Source of the DNA: the human T2T-CHM13v2.0 reference genome, Homo sapiens
Reading direction: 5' to 3' (one strand)
Length of the DNA: 64,000 bases
Assembly: GCF_009914755.1 (NCBI RefSeq)
Contig: NC_060929.1
Under the pieces are notes generated by a model. That model did no database searches, was not told the DNA's origin, and worked only from the letters and a program-made list of their open reading frames with translations. Positions 43,961-59,600 of the stretch are shown here, one piece after another. The translations under genes and the position numbers were made by a program. Within the stretch, counting starts at the first letter, position 1; each line of letters begins with the position of its first letter.

Positions 43961-44516
43961 TGAGGTAGGAGATCAGCAGGACTTATTCCCCTATCAGAAC
44001 AGGACAAAATGAAGAAATTGACAGGAACCAGCAGGTGGTGCACAACTGAAGTGAAAAACCCTGCAGGAAGTAGCAGCTGGTGTTGAAGGCAACCTCTAAT
44101 TGCCCTTACTGCTCATTAGCATAAGAGATTCCCACCAGCCCCATGACAATTTACAAATGTCATGGCAACCCAGAAGTTACTGCCCTTTTCCATGGCAACA
44201 ACCTGGAAGTTACTGCCCCTTTTTCTAGAAAGTTCTGAATAACCAGCTCCTCAATTTGCATTAACTCACCTCTTAATTTGCATGTAAGTGAAAATAGGTA
44301 TAAGTGAGTATAAATACAGTTGCCAACAACCCATAAGCTGCTACTGCCAACTCTGGGTGCACTGCAAAATAGTTAGTCCTGCTCAGCAAGGAGCAGTCCC
44401 TTTTAATAAAAGATTGCTGTCTAATAACACCTGATTGCCCTTGAATTCTTTTATGTGTAAAGCCAAAAGGCCTCCTGGGATAAGCCCTAATTTGGGGCCT
44501 TGCCTGTCTTGAATCA
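43961..44516 (+). mobile_element. Solo ERV1 LTR (LTR19-like)
   Basis: TG...CA termini, flanking GTAA/GTCA 4-bp near-TSD, TATAAA at about 44309, AATAAA at about 44405. Confidence 0.8.
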
Positions 44517-47500
44517 GTCATATTGTTTTCCCTGGGGTGTTATCAAGGGACAGTACTCTGAACTACTGCAATTAAATTTATGCCATCATTCAATCATCTC
44601 ACAACTGGCAAACATATGCAAATAACTGAATTTTCAAGAAATATTCCTGGCTAGTAGCATCTTCAAAAGCTGACTTTGGAGAACAGAATCAGAAAGTGAA
44701 CGGATAAATGCGAGGCACGCTTTTACATCTGGACTTAACGGTATCCTGAGCAAGATGACTAAGATGTTTATGCAGCAATCCAGAATACCCTGCCCCCATC
44801 ACAGGCAATAGGTAGCAAGGCTAAAAATTTTACTTAGTAAAATTGACTAAATATGGATCCTGAAAATATTCATAAGCAGATCAGCAGTCCATGTGTTTTT
44901 GTGGATTATGGCTATTTGAAGGATAAGTTCCAATTCTCCTCTATGTCATGCATAGCACCTAGAACAATTTTGAACATGAGTGACAATTCATTGTTTCTTA
45001 GTGAATAAAAAAATTAAGGACAGTGAAATAAGTTTTTTGGAAACTAGCAGAATAGAGACTCTCATCAACATAAACAGAGCCATTCATTTTACCTATTTTC
45101 TCTTTCAGATTTTGTAGACTTCTTTTGAGATTTCTGTAAGTCTCACCTTGCCTTTTATGATGTTAATCTAAGGCCATTGACCGTCTTGCTTTATTTCCCT
45201 TCCTTGCTTTTATTTTCTTCCTAAATGGCAATTGGAATACATAGGTAGTTGTGGTCATATGACAGCATTCACAAGGTGGGAGCTACCTTATTCCAACAAT
45301 TGGAAAGTGGAGAAGAATTTTAATTTCTTCCACAAATGAATTTAAATGGGAGCAACAGTTTTCTGAGAAACCCATTAGCTATATTTTTGGTATAATAAAA
45401 ATAAGCTGCAGTGTCTCTTCACTATCCTCCAAACCACTACTTAAAAGAGCAACATGGAACTTCTATTTCTAGTTTGATTACTGTAAACATGGAAATTATG
45501 TATAATTTTAGACAATTTAGTTAATATGACTATTTAAATGTATATAAAATTATCCCTTTTGGCTGATGGCTGAATTTTTAGAAAAGATTTCCTTAAAAGT
45601 TGAAAGCTTGGTGGTACTAGCAGAGGTCTCTCTGGATATTTTGAAGTCGTAATGGAGTGTTAGGAGTTATCTTTGGGATAATCCCCTAAGGGTTTTATAA
45701 TCTTAGATAAACACTGTGATGATGTATTTTCTTCACAAAAGAACAAAGGAAACATAAACATAATGAATATTTTTTGTTAATCCAATGCCTATTCCTGTAA
45801 AAATGGATTCCTTTCCTGTAAAATCGATAGAATATAGGCTCTAATATAGCAAGCTCATTTCATACGTATTTCCAATCTATTAAGGGAGAGGCTTGTGTCT
45901 TTTTTCCCAAGCAAAGCCAAATAGCATTCAATGAGAGTTCACTTTGGTGATGTTTAATGAAAATCTAACTCAGATAGAGGCCTCACTGGAATACTCCATG
46001 AACAGAAATGTAATCTGGGCAAAACCCTGCAGGCTTTATCCTGGGAAATGTAATAAAAAAAAAAATCAGAATATTGTCTCTATTGCTGAATCAGTAGCCT
46101 GGAAGTCACTGCAGAAGTTTTACCTGTGGGAGGCTATGGGAACCCTCTTGTGTCATGTGCTCTCAAATGTGAATGAGCGGGCCAAGAACTAAGAATATTC
46201 AAAAGATTTTAAATGTCCAAATAGGCAGTTCTGGAAATACCTCAACATTGTTTGGATATTACATTTGACATGAAATAAAAAGGCATATGAAATACTTTGA
46301 CCAAATTCTGTTCCAAGTTCTCTTTCTGACCAGAAATTTTCATCTGATCATTGTTAAAAGTCTGATCCATGCCAGGGAAGTCAGGCATTCCACATTTTCC
46401 AGATCCAAAGAATGGAGGTTAAAGATATTCCTGAGCATGCTCCTTGAAGGAATCTTGTGTCACTCAACTAGCCTGTCCCTACATGTTACTCCTCAAATTG
46501 TCACTACTGCCATCAACATTCAGAATCATGTTTGAAAAGTGTATGCTCTTCTACATATCTCTTATATTCTGCATTGAAAATGACTTTTAGAAATTCATAA
46601 TTCATAGTAACAGAAAATGTACTAACCAGGAAGATCTTTTGCCAAATTAATACTTCTGTTAGTCTAAATTCTTTTAGTATTAATCAACAGAAACCCAATT
46701 CAAATTAGCTCTCAAGATAAAATACAGAATTTATTGAGAAGATATTAGGGTATATAAAGTAATTTAGGATATGTTTGGAAATAAAACTGATTGAAAGGTA
46801 GGGCCATAACAATTAGAAACAAGGACTTGACCATTTTTTCTATCCTGCTGGTTTCATTCCCTTTTACTGCAGACCAGCTTCCTTTACATGGAGAAAAATG
46901 CGCTTATATTTCAAGAGCCTAAAAGTTATTTTATAACTATTATAAGTTGACTCATGCCTTTTCTGGTACCAAGTTTGGAAATACTGGTGGGCTGATATCA
47001 ATTCCAAAGTAGGGCTAGGAAGCAGGAGATTTGTGTTTGTTGGTTTAATAATATGACTGCTCCCATTTGTTTTACAAGAGTCCAATGGGGTGGAGATATA
47101 TGCACTCCCTGGAAAAGGGGAGGCAAACACATATCTGCATGTGTCAGTATTCACCAACACCAATGATTAGAAATTAAGGGAATCACAGTGAACATTTTCT
47201 TCATAATTCTTGTATTTTATGTGTCTGCAAATATTAAAGAAATTTTACTTCACAATCAGGGCAACAGATAGATGGCAGCTCAATTACTTTGAACATCCAG
47301 GCATTTGTCTGTGGAATGGTCATAGGTGACAATGGCAACTCAACATTGATGCTGAATTTCAGTATACTGCTCAGCTCACTAAAGAAAACTGATGCCCAGT
47401 AGGAAGGGCAAAGTAGACTATCTGGAGTGGTGGCAATTGAGGGTGGTTCCTCTTAAAATGGGAATTAAAATCAGTGAGGCCTGTGACATCTATTTCTTCA

Positions 47501-49807
47501 TCAAAATTTTCTGCAGAACATTCATTTTAGCTAGCACAGTAGCTATTAGCATCTTTTTAAGTGGATTTTTTCTTACACACCTAGATGCCCCCTTAATGAT
47601 ATGTCAAAGGAAGAGATGTAATAGCAAAATGACTTAAATACATGAATTTGTTCTTGACCTTTCTATGTTTCTGACTGCAGTAATCATTATCTAACTGACT
47701 GGGGCTTTTGATAACTGCATTACTTCTGGTTATCAGCATAGTCATAAAAAAATTAAAAATTCTCGTGAATTCTAGGACTTTCAGAAGTTGGCACCATATT
47801 TACAGCCCCCATTATGAATATTAATGGCTGGAGAACAGCAAATGCCATTTCCTCTAGGGTATTACCATTAGTACCCAATCATTAGTAGTCCCTGTCACTT
47901 GTGGCAATGATGGTCATTTTCAAGATAATATTAAGTTGTATACCAAATGAGAGAAGAAAGCTCATTACTACTACTTTTAGATTTGGTCTTTCTCTTACCT
48001 TTTCCAAAAAACATATTTGATTAATTCCTGACAACCTTCTTACATATAGAAATGCATGTTTTGAAACAGGCCCAGAGATCCGAATGTGTACTACTTCCTT
48101 TGTATCTTAATTTACAAATGTTTTATGGGTAAAGTCTAGAATTTAAAGGCATCTCTAAAGGATTAATAATTTTGTCTTTCTTAGACTGATCTGGAATACC
48201 TTGAGAAGAGCATTACTTCCATTTATCAGCATAGTCACCAAAAAGTCGAGAAAAATCTATCATGATACATAAATGATGATGCCTCAAACAATTTTAGAAA
48301 TCTATAGCTACAAATACACAAAACCCCATAGTGGTTTGTGTATTTGTGTGTGTGCATTTGTGCCTGTATATGTGTGTGTCTCTGGTGGGTGGCTTTAGTA
48401 GACAGTGGCAATAAAATGCAGAGATAAATACCAGAATAACATTGCTTTTCCAAAACTTTTCCACATTAAGATTTTTTCTTTAATCTATGAATGTATTTAA
48501 TAAAGTTGGTGTTAGCAATGTATTGTAGAAGAGTTTATATTTTCAAATGAAAGGAAGTTATTTCTTGCAAATGGAACAATCCCAACATTATTGAATTTAG
48601 AATTTTCGTGACCTTTTTGGCCTTGAAGGAGTAGCCTAGGAGAAGGAGCTGTGAAGTAGACATGGTAAATTTTCCCCCAGTGAGATCAGGAAACAATAAA
48701 GTTGACAATAGGATCTGACAGGATGAGGGTGAGGTTAGTGTGGCAAATGTGTGCAAGGGCAGGGTGGTTCCTGTCCTCACTTAAAATTTCATATTTTGTT
48801 TCTCATGGGTGTTTACATTAAATTTTAATTTTTACAATATTGTAACAAATAGTATTTATCTCCAAGTTTTGGGATAATGACTTAAAATTTGCATCTGAGT
48901 TACTTGCTTTGCCCTTGTCCCAGTTGTTCGTTGTTTCCAACTTGCAAGTTCAAATGTTACTATGGTAACAGTGATGGCTACAATTGGAATTCAAGCAAAG
49001 AAATCTGAAGCAAGTCCTATTCCAAATATGGAGTGGCAGGGGCAATGATGGAAGAATCCAAAGACATCCAAGCAGATCTCATGAGCTGGAGTCATGCAGA
49101 GTGGGAATGGAACAGCACCTGTGTGATCATGATTGTCTAGGAAAATTGTTTGTAAGTTTTTCTTCCAGGTGACATGCAGCCAAGTCAGTGTGCTAATTTT
49201 GTTGAGAATTTGTGCATCTATATTCATGAGAGATGTTGATCTACAATTTTTTTTCTTGTAATACCCTTGTCAGGATTTAGTTTCAGGGTTCTCCTGGTCT
49301 CATCAAATGACTTGCCAATTGTTTCCTCCACTTCTTCTTTTATGAAAGAGTTTATGTAAGATAGTTATTATTTCTACTTTATGTATTTGATAGAATTTAC
49401 TGCAGAACCCAACCATGAATGACATTTTCTTTGTGGGAAGATTTTGAATTGCACACTCAATTTCTTAAATAAATATGCTGCAATTCTAATTTTCTGTTTC
49501 CTCTTCTGTCGGCAGCTGGCAGCTTGTGTTTTTTAAGCAAATTTGTCTATTTTATCAAAGATGTTGAAGTTATTTTCATGAAGCTATTGATACTATTTCT
49601 TTCTCATCTTTCAATATATTTAGAATCTGCAGTGAGGCCCTCCCCCTTTCACTATGGATATTGGTAATTTATGTTTTCCCTCTTTTTGTCTTTATTGGTA
49701 TTTCTGTCAATGTACCAATTTTGTTAATTTTGAAAAACAAGACAATCATTGGTTTCACTACTTTTCCTATTACTTTCTGTTTTCTTCCTTTTCTCAGAGA
49801 AAAAAAG

Positions 49808-50375
49808 GCTGGAGTGCAGTGATGCGATATAGCTCACTGTGACATCAAACTGCTAGCCTCAAGAGACCCTCCTAAGGCTAGGCATGGTGGCTCACACCTG
49901 TAATCCTAGCACTTTGGGAGGCCCAGGCAGATGGATTACCTGAGGTCAGGAGTTTGAGACCAGCCTGGCAAACATGGTGAAACTCCATCTCTACAAAAAT
50001 TAGCCAGGCATGGTGGCGGGCACCTGTAATCCCAGCTACTAGGGAGGCTGAGGCAGGAGAATCGCTTGAACCCCGGGGGTCAGAGGTTGCAGTAAGCCAA
50101 GATCGCGCCACTTCACTCCAGCCTGTGCGAAACAGCAAAATTCCATCACTCACACACACACACACAAAAGAGAGAAAGAGAGATCCTCCTGCCTTAACCT
50201 CGTGAACAGCTAGGACTACAGGTGCATGCCACCAAATCCAGCTAATTATTTTTATTTTTATTTTTGTAGAGACAGTGCCTCACTATGTTGCCTAAGTTGG
50301 CCTCAAACTTCTGAGCTTAAGCAATCCTCCCACCTCAACCTTCAAAAATGCTGGGATTACACGTGTGAGCTACCT
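49808..50375. mobile_element. Antisense AluJ split by a sense AluS (49877-50165) with a (CA)n tail
   Basis: Nested arrangement; AAGAGA(C/T)CCTCCT-like duplication at the junctions. Confidence 0.85.
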
Positions 50376-51001
50376 TTTCTAGACTCCTTTTTGTTTCCTA
50401 TTTTATTGATTTCTGCTATTCTGTTTTTATTTCTTTTATTCTATGTATTTTGAGTTTAGTTTTCTCTTTTTCTAGCTTCTCTGAAAGCTCAGATCATTGA
50501 TTCTAAGCCTTTCTTTTCTAACACACTTGAAAATATATAAAAATATGAAGTTATAAATTTCTTCCTGTATATTACTTAAGTTGCATTTCATGAACTTGAC
50601 TAGTTTGTGTTTTTATTGCCATTCAGTTTGAACTATTCTTCTTTGATCCATTGCTTGACTATAATCGTGTTGCTTAATTTCCAACTATCCAAAGGTAACA
50701 TTTTTGATTTCCAAAATAATTATTTTTTGGTCTTGGAGCATACTCTGTAAAATTTCAACCCTTTGAGATTTATGAAGTCATTAAAAATTATTCAGCATGT
50801 AAGTTACCATGGTGAGTTCCCCATGTGTACTTGAAAGAAATGTGTAACCTACAGTTGTTGGTTGAGTATTCTGTAAATATCAATTAAATCAAGTCACTTG
50901 ATAATGTTTTTAGATCTTCTTTATTCTTAACATTGTTTCTACATGTTCTGCCAGTTATTAGGAGAAGAGTGTTAAATTCTTCACCTGTGATTGTGAGTTT
51001 T

Positions 51002-51645
51002 TATTTTTTAATTATACTTTAAGTTATAGGGTACATGTGCACAACATGCAAGTTTGTTACATAGGTATACATGTGCCATGTTGGTTTGCTACACCCATTA
51101 GCTCGTCATTTACATTAGATATTTCTCCCAATGCCCACCCTGCCCCCCACCCCATGACAGGCCCCTGTGTGTGATGTTCCCCACCCTGTGTCCAAGTGTT
51201 CTCATTGTTCAATTCCCAACTATGAGTGACAATATGCGGTGTTTGGTTTTCTGTCCTGGTGATAGTTTGCTCAGATTGATGGTTTCCAGCTGCATCCATG
51301 TCCCTGCAAAGGACATGAACTCATCCTTTTTTATGGCTGCATAGTCTTCCATGGGGTATATGTGCCACATTTTCTTAATCCAGTCTATCACTGATGGACA
51401 TTTGGGTTGGTTCCAAGTTTTTGCTATTGTAAATAGTGCTGCAATAAACATACATGTGTCTTTATAGTAGCATGATTTATAATCCTTTGGGTATATGCCC
51501 AGTAATGGGATCGCTGGGTCAAATGGTATTTCTAGTTCTAGATCCTTGAGGAGTAGCCACACTGTCTTCCACAATGGTTGAACTAGTTTATACTCCCACT
51601 AACAGTGTAAAAGTGTTCCTTTTTCTCCACATCCTCTCCAGCATG
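51002..51645 (-). mobile_element. 5'-truncated L1PA (about PA5-PA7) 3' end
   Basis: L1 3' UTR and ORF2 C-terminus (ORF 51209-51574). TSD-like TTGTGA(G/A)TTTT at 50991 and 51650. Confidence 0.88.
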
Positions 51646-52776
51646 TTTGTTGTGAATTTTTTATTTATTTTCAGTTCTATCATTTGTTAATCTCATGTAC
51701 TTTAAAGCTCTGTTATTACATGCACAATGGATAGCTGCTTGATGAACTGACGCTCATTATTATAAAATGTCTCATTTAGTCTCTAGTTACTCTGTCTGAT
51801 ATTAATATAGTCAGTCTACATGTCTTATGCTTAAGGTTTGCATGATATATTTTTTCATTCTTTACTTTCAACCTGTATTTATATTTTAAAAGCATCTTTT
51901 TAAAACAACATAGCATTAAATCTTGCATTTTATCCAGTGTTAATATGTTTGCTTTTTAATTGGAGAGTTTATTCCATTTATATGTAATGTAATTATTTAT
52001 AACATGATTGTCTCTATTGCAATTTTATTCATACCCTCCATTTTCATTCCTATGTTCCCCATTTTCTGTTTTCCTTTGAAATCCTTTGTTCCTCATTTTC
52101 TGTTTTCTTTTGACTTGATTAAATATTTTTCATATTCCATTTTATATCCTTATTTGAATTTTTAGCTACAACAGTTTCAGGAGTATTTCTTCTAAGGATG
52201 ACAATATACTGCCTTTTCTTATCATGGTCTACCTTCAATTAGTATTATACTACTTAAGTTACAATATAAAAAACCTCCAATTATGCAATCCTCATTCTTT
52301 TGCCATGACATAGATGGATCAGTACAAGACACAGGACATATATTTGAGAATTCATATGGTGGAAAACCTCTATGAATATAATCAAATTTGAAAATCTCTC
52401 AAAAAGATCTTGATGTCTACTCTGTAGAAAATACTCCAAATTGGATACAAATATAATGAGAGTAATAAACATGAAAAGATCTCAGCCAGATTTCAAATCT
52501 AAATGTGCACTAGAGAACTCATGCTGCAGGGAAATTATGTGAATTCAGTGAATGCAAGAAAGTCTTCACTGATCTTTCACTTGTTAAAAACACACATGGC
52601 ATCACACACTGAACACATACCCTATCAAAGTAAGGAATAGAGGGAATCCTTTATGTGTTCCTTGTATTTTAGGAATCATGAAAAATTTCACACTGGAGAA
52701 GAATTCTATGAATAGACATGTAAGCAAGCCTTTGTTCATTCTTCATTTATTGATGTACATGTAAGAACTCACAGTG

Positions 52777-53112
<336 letters not shown>

Positions 53113-53614
53113 TTATGAGTATAAGAAATGTGAAAAAGCTTTCAATTTTCTTTAATCTTTTAGAAAACATGTGAAAACTCTCACTGAAGAGAAATCTTAT
53201 TAACATAAAAATGTAGAAAAACCTTGAGTTGCCCCTAATCCTTTAGGGCATATGTGATAACTCATATTGTAATTTACCCTATGGATATAAAAGAATGTGA
53301 GATAGGCTTGATTTCTTCCACATCTCTTGCTGTACATGTAAGAACTAACGTTGGAGAGAGGATTTATCAATATAGAGAATGAAGAAAAGCCTTCATTTAT
53401 TCCTCAAAACTTCCTGTTCAAATGAAAATAAACCAAAAAGGAACTTTATGCATGTAAGAAAGATGGGCAAGTATACAGTTTGCCCTCTTCTTTCAATAGA
53501 AATGTGAGAACAAACACCGAAGACAGCCTCTATAATTGTAAACAATATGAAAAATCCTTCATTTATTCTTCATATTTTACCACTCATGTGATAATACACA
53601 TTGGAGAAACACTG

Positions 53615-54126
53615 TGTGATGGTTAACTTTATGGGTCAATTTGACTGGGTTAAGGATACTCAGGTACCTGGTAAAGCATTAATTTTGGATATATCTGTGA
53701 GGGTAGTCCAGAACAGATTGACATTGGAATCCGTAGGTTGAGTAAGGAAGATCAGGCCTCATCCAGCGTGGCTGGGCACCATTTAATCAATCGAGGGCCT
53801 AGATAGAACAAAAGGGGATAGGAAAGGTGAATTTGCTCTCCCTTCTGGTCCTGATACACCCACCTTTTCTTGCCCTTGGATATAAGAAGTCCAGGTTCTC
53901 TGGTCTTTGGGACTTATACTAGTGGCCCTCCAGGTTCTTGGGCCTTCAGACTTGGACTGAGCTATGCCACCAGCTTCCCTGGTTCTCCAGTTAGCAGATG
54001 GCATATTATGGGACTTCTCAGCCTCCATAATCATGTGAGCTGATTCTCATAATAAATTCTCTCTATCTATCCATCTATCTGTCTTCTAATGGTTCTGTTT
54101 CTCTGGAGAACCCTGACTAGTAAACA
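53615..54126 (+). mobile_element. Solo ERVL LTR (MLT2-type) inserted in a zinc-finger linker
   Basis: TGTGATGGTTAA...GAGAACCCTGACTAGTAAACA with a perfect 5-bp TSD CACTG (53610-53614 and 54127-54131). Confidence 0.88.
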
Positions 54127-55579
54127 CACTGAATGTATGAAATGCAGAAATATCTTCAGCTATTCCTCATCCCTTACAAAACAGTGTGAGAACTCACACT
54201 GGAGAGAAACTCTATTAGTATAAGGAGTGTAGGAAAATCTTATCTTGGGTCTAATTTTTTCAAATTGAGGTAAAATTCACATTAAAGAGGAACCATGCAA
54301 GTGGAAGAAACGTAGGAAAGTGTAATCCCTCACACTTTAGAAAACATGTGAGAACACATACTGAAAAAAAATAAATGCCTAGAATGTGAGAAAACTTTCA
54401 AGTCTTTTTCATGCCTTAGTCAGCAAGTGAGAACTCATACTGGGAGATACGACTGTAAAGAATGTGGAAAATCCCTTAGTTTCTTTCCTCGTATTTTCAA
54501 AGACATGTGAAAACTCACATTGGAAAGAAACCCAATGAATGTAATTCATGTGGGAAGGTGTTCAGATATATCTCTTCTTATACATAAAATTGACACCAGA
54601 AGACAAATCTTTAAAATCTTGTAAATATGAAAATGTTTTATTAGTATCTCATCCTTGAAGTGGAACCCAGCTCATAATTTAGTTTTTATTTTCTAATAAA
54701 AACTTTTATGATGATAACTATTGCTCCCAGTACCCTTTCAGCTATCTCACATAACTTTGATATATATTATTTTTATTATCGTTTATTAAGTGTCTAATTT
54801 CCATTGTGAAGTCTCCTTGGACCTATAAGGCTGAAATAAAATAATTTAAAATTTATTTTCTTATTGTTTCTAATTCAATTTCATTATAGTTAATGCAAGT
54901 GGTCATTGTGCTATTGAGTTTGGTACTTTGGAGGTTTCTTTTTTCTGGCTTACCATAGCAGATCCTAGGATTTCCTTAGCTGATATCTACCCTGCCCTTC
55001 TTCCTTACTAAGAAAACTTAGAATTTTTCAACTTCACTGGTGAAAGAGGTATCTTCAGCAGAGTTTTGCAGAGAGTGTACTCTACAACTAATTGTCTTGG
55101 TCAATATAGTTGATAGAAACTTAAAAATATGCAGTTATTGAAAAAGGACAGTTTCATCTGACCTCTGACCTGATTATTTAACCTTCTGTATTTTGCTACT
55201 GCTTCAAGTTGAACACAGCCCTTCAAGTTGAAAAGAGGGACCTTGCAGCCATGTCGATGAAAGTTACAGGTAATGATGATTGTGCTGGACTGTGTTATAT
55301 GGCTTAGAAATACATTTTCCAGAATCCTCTTTGTCTATGGTTTATAGGTTAGAGTTGAACAAAAGAGGAAACTGAGTGAGATTTGGAATGAAGAAATAAA
55401 ATGGAAGCCATAAATCTCAAAAGGATGTGGCAGTAGCAGATTGACAAACAGATCTAGAAGTACCCATCAGTTCCAAACTTTAAGCATGTCTTTTTGATTA
55501 CTGGCTCTGTTGAACAACATTAGCATTGAGCCAATCACCTAAGCACTTAACTTCAATTCCCTCAGAAGTGGTAGCTTCC

Positions 55580-55915
<336 letters not shown>

Positions 55916-56442
55916 TCATCTTTCATGACCTCACTTTGGTGACCAGACAGGCATAGCTGCCTGAATTTCCTTGCAAGCTTAAACCTGCTTATTCATACCA
56001 CTGTTGCAGAATTTCAGGATTAAAGGCTTTCTTTAATATTCTGACTCCATTTTCTTGACATTTATCAAAAGTCTAATTTTTATGGTGAGCATGTTGTTCC
56101 CATAATACTTCTCAAGGCCCTGTTTCTCCAAGTCATACACTATTTCAGGAAAAATGAACAAATAAGTACCTTATTCCCCTACTGTATTGTTCAGTAGCTA
56201 CACCATCCTTGCCTTACCTATTTCTGGACTCTCCTAGGAGAAAAATCAGCACCTTGTTGATTTGTGGAGCATATCTTGGGAGTTTTCTGTTATTCAAGAC
56301 CAAACAAAACCCCTAAATAATAAATGTAGTATGTGTTAAATTAAAACAATCAATGTAAAGTAATTCATCATATTAACAAAAGAGCAAATTTGAATTTAGA
56401 TACATAATAGATATATAGAAAGTCTTTAAAACAATTCTGAAT

Positions 56443-56548
56443 GGGCCAGGCACAGTGGCTCACACTTGTAATCCCAGCACTTTGAGACACCAAGGTGGGA
56501 GGATTGCTCCAGGCTGGGAATTCAAGACCAGCCTGGGCAACATGGCAA
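56443..56548 (+). mobile_element. Alu left monomer / FLAM, 3'-truncated
   Basis: GGCCAGGCACAGTGGCTCAC...CAGCCTGGGCAACATGGC followed by non-Alu sequence. Confidence 0.85.
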
Positions 56549-56937
56549 CAAAATATTTATGCATCGTAAAAGATTTTTCATGTGTGTACCATTAATTGTT
56601 AAAGTGACCTTGTTCATTCTGTCACATAAGTTTAATGTTAAGTTTGAGGCAGGAAGAAGAAAAGGTTTTCCATTCTTCAGCATAAGCCTGTCAGGTATTT
56701 GTTTAAGAAAAATGAAATGAAGGAAATATTGTGCAATGTTTTTTGTTTTGTGAGCATATCAGTGCTTTACGTAGTCAGCCACAGCTGTGAATGTCTTGCC
56801 ATTTCAGACTTGGGAGACTAAATGGCTGTTGTCATTGCTGATCCTGTGAGAATGTGAAACTGGATAACATACGAAATGCAAAATAAAACAAAATAAAAAT
56901 AAAAATATACGAATGCCCCTTCATTAGTATATCCTTA

Positions 56938-57277
<340 letters not shown>

Positions 57278-57687
57278 CTATGGACTCTCCCAAAGAAAAG
57301 ACTCTGCAGATGACTTTTCTAGTGTCATCTAATAAATCCACTCTAATATGTTTGACGCTTCTGACCCCTTCAGTACTCTCCAAGGTAGTTCTGGTAACTC
57401 CAACTCGTTTATTGTAGTCCATCATTATGCCCAAGCTTCAAGAGGCCAACCCAGCAATGTATTAGTTCTTATCATAGGTGTCATTGCCAGGAGGCAATTC
57501 TGAAGTACAAATCTGAAGTCAAGAGAGAGTACCTTTGTACCCTAAACACTCCTCTATCCAGCAGCATATTACACACACACACACACACATTTATGTTCAA
57601 TATTAATTTCCAAGCATAATCCCCATGTTTCTGCTGGTACATATTAGCCATGCCTTGTAGTTTCTTTAGTGAATATAATTTTTTTAA

Positions 57688-57990
<303 letters not shown>

Positions 57991-59248
57991 TAAATTTTAT
58001 TTTCTAATGAATAGGATTTATTTTTCTCATGAGCAGGAATTGTACTTTCCAGCTCACGTCATTATTTAACCTTAGTTATAGATATAAAAGCAGTGGGGAC
58101 AGGTCTTGAATAGGGTAAGTTTCATCTTGTAAGGCATTAATATCAGATGAAGGCATTACATTATCTCCAAGCAATGAAAGGCTTTATTTCCCTAGAAAGG
58201 AGGAGGATCCATGGCTAGAAAGGGTTCAAGGGAATCTGAGAATATAAGTATCTCAAGTACATCCAACCAAATGTCCTCATCCCAGGACTCAGAGTATGTG
58301 GAATATTTCTTTCCTATCAGGATTCTAACTTTAACAAAGAAAACTTAGATCGTTGTGTTTTCAGTCTGCTTTGTAGCTCTGGCACTAATACATTCAAATA
58401 CTGAGCCTGATTTTCAGTACATCTAGCCCTCCAGCTGTAGAAAAGAGATGTCTTTTAAAATTTTTCCATGGAAAGCCTTTGGCTTTCACAGTGTTCTCTA
58501 AATTGATAGGTGGATAATTTGAGCTAATCATGCTATATATTCAGGGCTTATGGTCAGTAGAAAAAAGAAGCAAACTTCACAATCCTTTCAATTACAATTT
58601 TTTCCATTTGTGTCATGTGCAGAAGCTATTGCATAAGCCAGTAGTTATACCTGTTGCTCATTTCAATCCTCCACAGGTGAGAATCTTAGTAAGTGTGATG
58701 CTACAGCATGACAGGGATTATCACAACCCCACTTTCTACCAGAATTGGATTGCTGCCATGTGACCAGCAAGTAATTCAAGTTCAGAATCCCATCCTTAGA
58801 ATTTGCTTTCTAAGTTGCTATCTTTGTTGAGTTCTCCCAAAAGCAGACCTAGAGACAAGGACTTAGGTGCATTTAATTTATTTAAAAAGTTATCTAGAGA
58901 AGCACCAGTGAGGAAGTGTGGAAACTGAGAAAAAGAAGGGAGAAACATCAATAAATTAAAAATTATTATTTTAATAAGCAGATTACCATTGTGAATACAT
59001 GGGCCTCAATCTTGCTAGGGAACTCTATGAGGAACTGTGTGGAACATACTGTAGAATTGTCCCATCAAAGAACCAGAAAGTTAGTGGTAGACTGATCTCA
59101 CCTTCCATCTTTCATTGAGTGTTAACCCTAAGGGCATTAAATTTCTGGAAATTCCAGATTGCAATGTGAATGGGCAGAGCAAGCTCCTATGGCATCAGAG
59201 AAATCCCTCCCAGGAAGAGAAGTAGAAAGACAAAAGTGCTTGACATGA

Positions 59249-59600
59249 TGTATTAGTCAATTTTCACACTGTTGATAAAGACATACCTGAAACTAGGGAG
59301 CAAAAGAGGTTTAATTGGACTTACAGTTCCACATGGCTAGGGAGGCCTCAGAATCATGGCAGTAGGTGAAATGCACTTCCTACATGGCAGCGGCAAGAGA
59401 AAATGAGAGAGATGCAAAAGTGGAAATCCCTGATAAAACCATCAGATCTCATGAGACTTATTCACTACGACCAGAACAGTAGGAGGGAAACTGCCCTCAT
59501 GATTCAATTATCTCCCACCAGGTCCCTCCCACAACACGTGGGAATTATGGGAGTACAATTCAAGATGAGATTTGAGTGGGGACACAGCCAAACCATATCA
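59249..59600 (-). mobile_element. THE1/MST-type MaLR solo LTR nested in an older MLT1-like LTR (about 58820-59710)
   Basis: TGTATTAGTC...CCAAACCATATCA with 5-bp near-TSD CATGA/CAAGA. Confidence 0.85.

Larger units (their letters stand above)
49180..52280 (-). mobile_element. Old L1M ORF2 fragments, interrupted by Alus and a younger L1PA
   Basis: The minus-strand ORF at 48991-49227 begins MNIDAQILNKI, an L1 ORF2 motif. T-rich antisense L1 text continues. Confidence 0.75.

Noticed and set aside
44520-49170. Possible PCDHB constant exons or another PCDH relic downstream of PCDHB15
   Set aside because: No cadherin motifs, CpG island or credible exon seen. AT-rich sequence with only short ORFs.
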